Of a stretch of DNA of 64,000 bases, positions 53,419-64,000 are shown one piece after another (the first letter of the stretch is position 1; each line of letters starts with the position of its first letter). Origin of the DNA: the human T2T-CHM13v2.0 reference genome, Homo sapiens; the NCBI RefSeq assembly GCF_009914755.1, contig NC_060936.1; one strand, 5' to 3'. The translations under genes and the position numbers were made by a program. The notes beneath the pieces are model-generated. The model saw only the letters and a list, made by a program, of their open reading frames with translations, did no database searches and had not been told where the DNA came from.

Positions 53419-53753
53419 CAAAATGTGTTTTAAATAGAAAGGGGAAAAGGATCAGAGACTGAGAGTACAGACAATTCTTTCAAGGAATTTTGCTCCCAAG
53501 GGGAACTAGAAATGGGATGACAGTGAACCCAACTCCCATGACAATTACAACATGTTTGAAATTACTTTTGTGTATTTTTTACTTGTTTATTGTCTATCTT
53601 CTCCCACTAGAATATAAGCTCTGGCAGCAGGACTTTGCCGCCTTCACCATTGTATTCTCAGTCCCTGGCACATAGTGGAGGCTCAATTAATATTTGTTGG
53701 ATAAATGAATAATGCATTTTGAAAACTGGAAGATTCTGGATCTTACAGTTTTA

Positions 53754-54720
<967 letters not shown>

Positions 54721-54997
54721 TCTCCCCCTTAAAATAGATTAATGAGGCTTCAGGATACACCTCTGCATAGGTTGGGTCATCAAAGAAGCAGAAGCCAAGA
54801 TGGGATTGCACATGAGAGAGATTTACCGTGGGAATGTCTGTGATGGATAAAGGGGAGGGAGCCAGAGAAAGAGAAAAGCCTTCCCACAGCAACACAGAGC
54901 TGACACCTGTGAAGAGAGAGGGGAAGGTGAGAGATTGGGTGGGAAGAGTCTGAGGGTGCAGCACAGTTCTAAAAAGACCTTGAGTGGGGAGTGGAAA

Positions 54998-55271
<274 letters not shown>

Positions 55272-55351
55272 AAGTGGGGAGTTCTTCTATAAAAGAGCCT
55301 GCCCCTGCCTGTTAAAGGAGTCCTTCCTTTTGCAGGAATCGGCCTACATGA

Positions 55352-57074
<1,723 letters not shown>

Positions 57075-57941
57075 TCATGTGCCCATGGTGCCTGTTGTGG
57101 AGTGGCTGATGATGAAGATTAGCTAATGTCACCTGGATAAGTCATTTTGCCTACTTGGTTGATCGGTACCTTTTCCATGGGAGATGCTTTCTGGTGGTTG
57201 TTAATATGTGACACAAAAATTTTCATACTCCATGGCCATTCCTATATGTCCAGCCACATGCCTCTATTCCTACTTTATGACTTGGTGGATCTGACAGAAG
57301 CCAGTTCATAGTGGGCAGTTCTGGGGGTGTGGTTACTTACAACCATAGTCAAGCATTCTCTTTATCAGAGCCCGGTAAAATGTGAGAAAAGGGCTGGCGT
57401 AACTCAAGGAATCAAGTCAATTTAAACCCTATGTCCAATAATCCTTGAAATGACTGAGGATTCCCCTTTCTCTATTTTATAATCACCTGAGTAAATGGCC
57501 AGAGGTCTTTCTGAGGAGTGGCTGTAAGGATTATTACAGTAGATATTTGCTGTGGTATGGCAGGCTCCTTCTCCCTAGGGACCCGGCCACCCCTTCAGTC
57601 AATGGGTTGCAGATCTGAAAACTGGATCAAGTGTGGGAACGTTGAAGGGATGTGGCTTCTGACTGGAGTGATCTCCCTCAGCCTCCTGCCCCTCCTTTCC
57701 TGCCTTTTTCTAGTGTCAACATGACGCTGCACCCTCTTGGCTCCCCATCACTTTTACCCCTAGGGACACCGTGCTCTACTGTCTCACAGCTCCCTTCAGG
57801 TCCAGCCCTCTGGCTGCAGCCTGACCTTGCTAGTCATACTGGTGATTGTGGCTGCCTGGCTCCTGACACTCTGGAGCCTCATATTCCCATGGATATTAAT
57901 GAGTCCAGCTCTGCTACTGTCACTTCTGCCATCGGCGCTGA

Positions 57942-58379
<438 letters not shown>

Positions 58380-59770
58380 CCTTGTGGGTCCATTTTCCTT
58401 AGCTTCTTTATTCTTTTCTCTGCCACCTGCCAGGGCAACTCAAGCATTTCCACTTTTCTCAGCATGGCCTAATATTGCAGCAGGCTTCTAAGAGCCACTT
58501 TAGCAGTGAGTTTCACTCATCCTCTGGGGTCCTTATCAGGGGCCTGTGTCCCCCCCAAAATTGTCCTCTAGTCAAGGAAGTCTTGCTTTTCTAGTCTTAC
58601 TTTCTAGTCTCCTTGAACAAGTACTCCCAAATCTGATTCCAAAGTTTTCCACTGGTTCCTGCTCGCTAATTCTTATAGGTCCTTTGATATATAATCTCTT
58701 TTTTCCCTATCAGGCCCAGCCCTTCCCTGTCTTGATTATACTGCATTTGTTTATTGGCTTGGGAGACAGTAGAGGAATTGGGGGCAGCTCCTGAGAGGGC
58801 AACCTGTTGCCTTGCTGGAGAGGGATGCATTTTCATGGCCACAACCTCCCACCAGGTCTCCTGAAGCCAGCCTTTGAAAGTGGTAGTTCTTACTATGAAA
58901 TGATGGGCCAGCCCGGCAGACCTGGAGGGTTCAGAGGGCTCTGCCAAGTCAACATCCTGAGAGGCATGCATTCAGATGCCCCCATCCCATGTTTCAGAGT
59001 CCCAGATTCCTCCAAACAGGGCCCTGACCTTAGCTTAACTGACTTGCTTTAGCTGAGCATTTAGGCATCTCTAGAGCTCTAGGACTATCAGAGCCTCAGT
59101 CTGTGGCTCAGCTGTGGCAGTTCTTCCACTGCAGGAGAGGAGGACCCTTTTTTAAGCTACCAAACAGGTTCTCTAGCTCTCACAGTCTCTATTGCTTGTT
59201 ATCACTTGGTGGGATGTCAATACAACTTAGCAGTAATCAGTCAACTCTGCTCTCCCTGTAGCTATCATTCCCCCACAACCATAGCTCTCCAATGCCTGGA
59301 TCTCTGCACCTGCACTGCATTCTCCTCCACCAGGACATCTTCCTGAATCACCACTGATGAAATCTTTAGCAGTTGCACCACCACATTGTGCGAGGAACTA
59401 TCCACGCCCCGTATATCATTCAGGGTAGCATCCTCTTAGCCTACTGGGCAATGAGGGAGCCAGTCTCCAAACCCCATCTTACTCTTGTTTTCTCAGACCA
59501 CTGCTGACATTACTCGGGTTAGTCTGAGTTCTTTGAGAAGCAGAAGCTAAGATGGGATTGGATGTGCAGGAAACTCCTTAGGGAATACTTGTGCGGGATA
59601 AAGGAGAGGAGCCGAAATAGGCAAGAAGAGCCTTCAGACGCAAAGCAGGTCTGACCTCTGTGAGAGACGGGGAAGGAAGGAGGATCTGATAGGAGACTCT
59701 CAGGCTGCAGTCACAAAAGCTGCTCAGCCTGGTTGATGGGGCATCCTTGAGCCAAAGTCCGTCATTAAAA

Positions 59771-59847
59771 GAGTCTGTATTAGTAAAGAATGAGTCTGTA
59801 TTAGTAAAGAATGAGTCTGTATTAGTACAGAATGAGTCTGTATTAGT
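59771..59847. repeat. 21-bp tandem repeat, about 3.7 copies (GAGTCTGTATTAGTAAAGAAT)
   Basis: Seen directly, inside the right LTR16. Confidence 0.92.
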
Positions 59848-60525
59848 TGTGCCCTGCTTGCTCAGTCATTGGCTAGCAGCAGCTTGTAGAAAGGGCGTTC
59901 TGTAAATGAGATGGGGGTGGGTCCAGAGGTCTGCAGCTGTGGCCATTAGTCAATTATGCTCCCTGCAGCCGGAGAGCTGAGGGATGCATTTTCATGGCCA
60001 CAGCCTCCCACCAGGTCCCTTGAAGGCTACTTATATCACTATTGTTTGTGTATCTTGTGAGTCATAGTATAAGGAAGCCAGATCTAACCTCAGAGATGAT
60101 TTCACGTGATGTCTTCATTTTAATGATGAAAGAAGAGAAACTTTAAAATTTAAAATAAACTTTCCCAAGGCACATGCATTTCAGATTGGACCATTTTATT
60201 TTGTGTGAAGATATTCCACGCATTGCCGCACATTTGGCATTTCTGGCCCCAGGGACTAGATGCCAGTATTCTCCCTGACCTCCTGCATCATGACAAACAA
60301 AATTGCTCCCCCACCACCTCATTTCTAAAAGCTCCCTGGAGGCAATAAAGTCCCAAGTAGTACCACTGAACAGCTCATTCATCTCAGAGTCAAAATGAAT
60401 ATCCAAACAAGACCCCTGTATAATGCACTTCCATAACATCAAGAGAGCCACTAAAACAAAAAATGCCTCAGGGAGTCACAACCATTCCTGCTTCAGAGAG
60501 TACTCTGCACCTCTTTAGCATTTAT

Positions 60526-62850
<2,325 letters not shown>

Positions 62851-63187
62851 AATAGTACCTTTGATGTACATGGTCCCCTTATAGCTAATGTCATTGCGGA
62901 TTTTGATCATTGACATAAATCTTTTGGCTTTCAATATACAGTATCCCAAATGTTGGGGTTTGTTGTTCTATACACTGTCAGTTGTAAGTATTGACTTCAA
63001 CTGTCAACTGACAGACAATATTTGCTGTTTGACAATGGAGTCTGCATAATTTCTAAAGAGAATCTTTATAAACAAGAAGCCAAGGGGCCCTTGCCCTCTG
63101 AAAACTACTGTACTAACTTTATTGGATTGGGGACTGATTCTTTGTTAGCCCCCTAAATTCAGTAAAGGCCTCCTCTCCCTAACACAT

Positions 63188-63910
<723 letters not shown>

Positions 63911-64000
63911 TAACAACCTCAAACTAAACTGGCACACTTAAGTAGTAGAAGGTAAACTACAAATATCTTGAGAATCAGAAAAAAAAAAAAAAGCCTGGTC

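Noticed and set aside
62975-63014. 10-bp inverted repeat CTGTCAGTTG...CAACTGACAG
   Set aside because: Too short and isolated to support an RNA gene or MITE call.

Overview
Human (primate) genomic DNA, very Alu-rich, with L1/L2/MIR/MaLR fragments. The window opens at what I recognise as the TBK1 stop codon (TAG, 2-4) and 3' UTR (poly(A) signal 710-715), which places it in the TBK1-RASSF3 interval of chr12q14.2. It contains no intact multi-exon gene. Three + strand exons with good splice sites and matching phases (5783-5951, 31856-31922, 40169-40293) look like the upstream exons of a long RASSF3 isoform. The last encodes the second half of a RASSF1A/NORE1A-type C1 zinc finger with two zinc-ligand Cys codons changed by single bases; I could not find the exon for the first half. 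About 1 kb downstream is a sense-oriented solo LTR12C (4-bp TSD, inserted in an Alu) carrying a perfect 17 x 22-bp CpG-rich tandem repeat and an expanded C-rich tract. Also present: an AluYa5, a two-LTR ERVL (LTR16-type) provirus remnant, a CTCF/YY1 site pair and several locally templated duplications with fold-back junctions. Repeat boundaries and subfamily calls were made by eye and are approximate.
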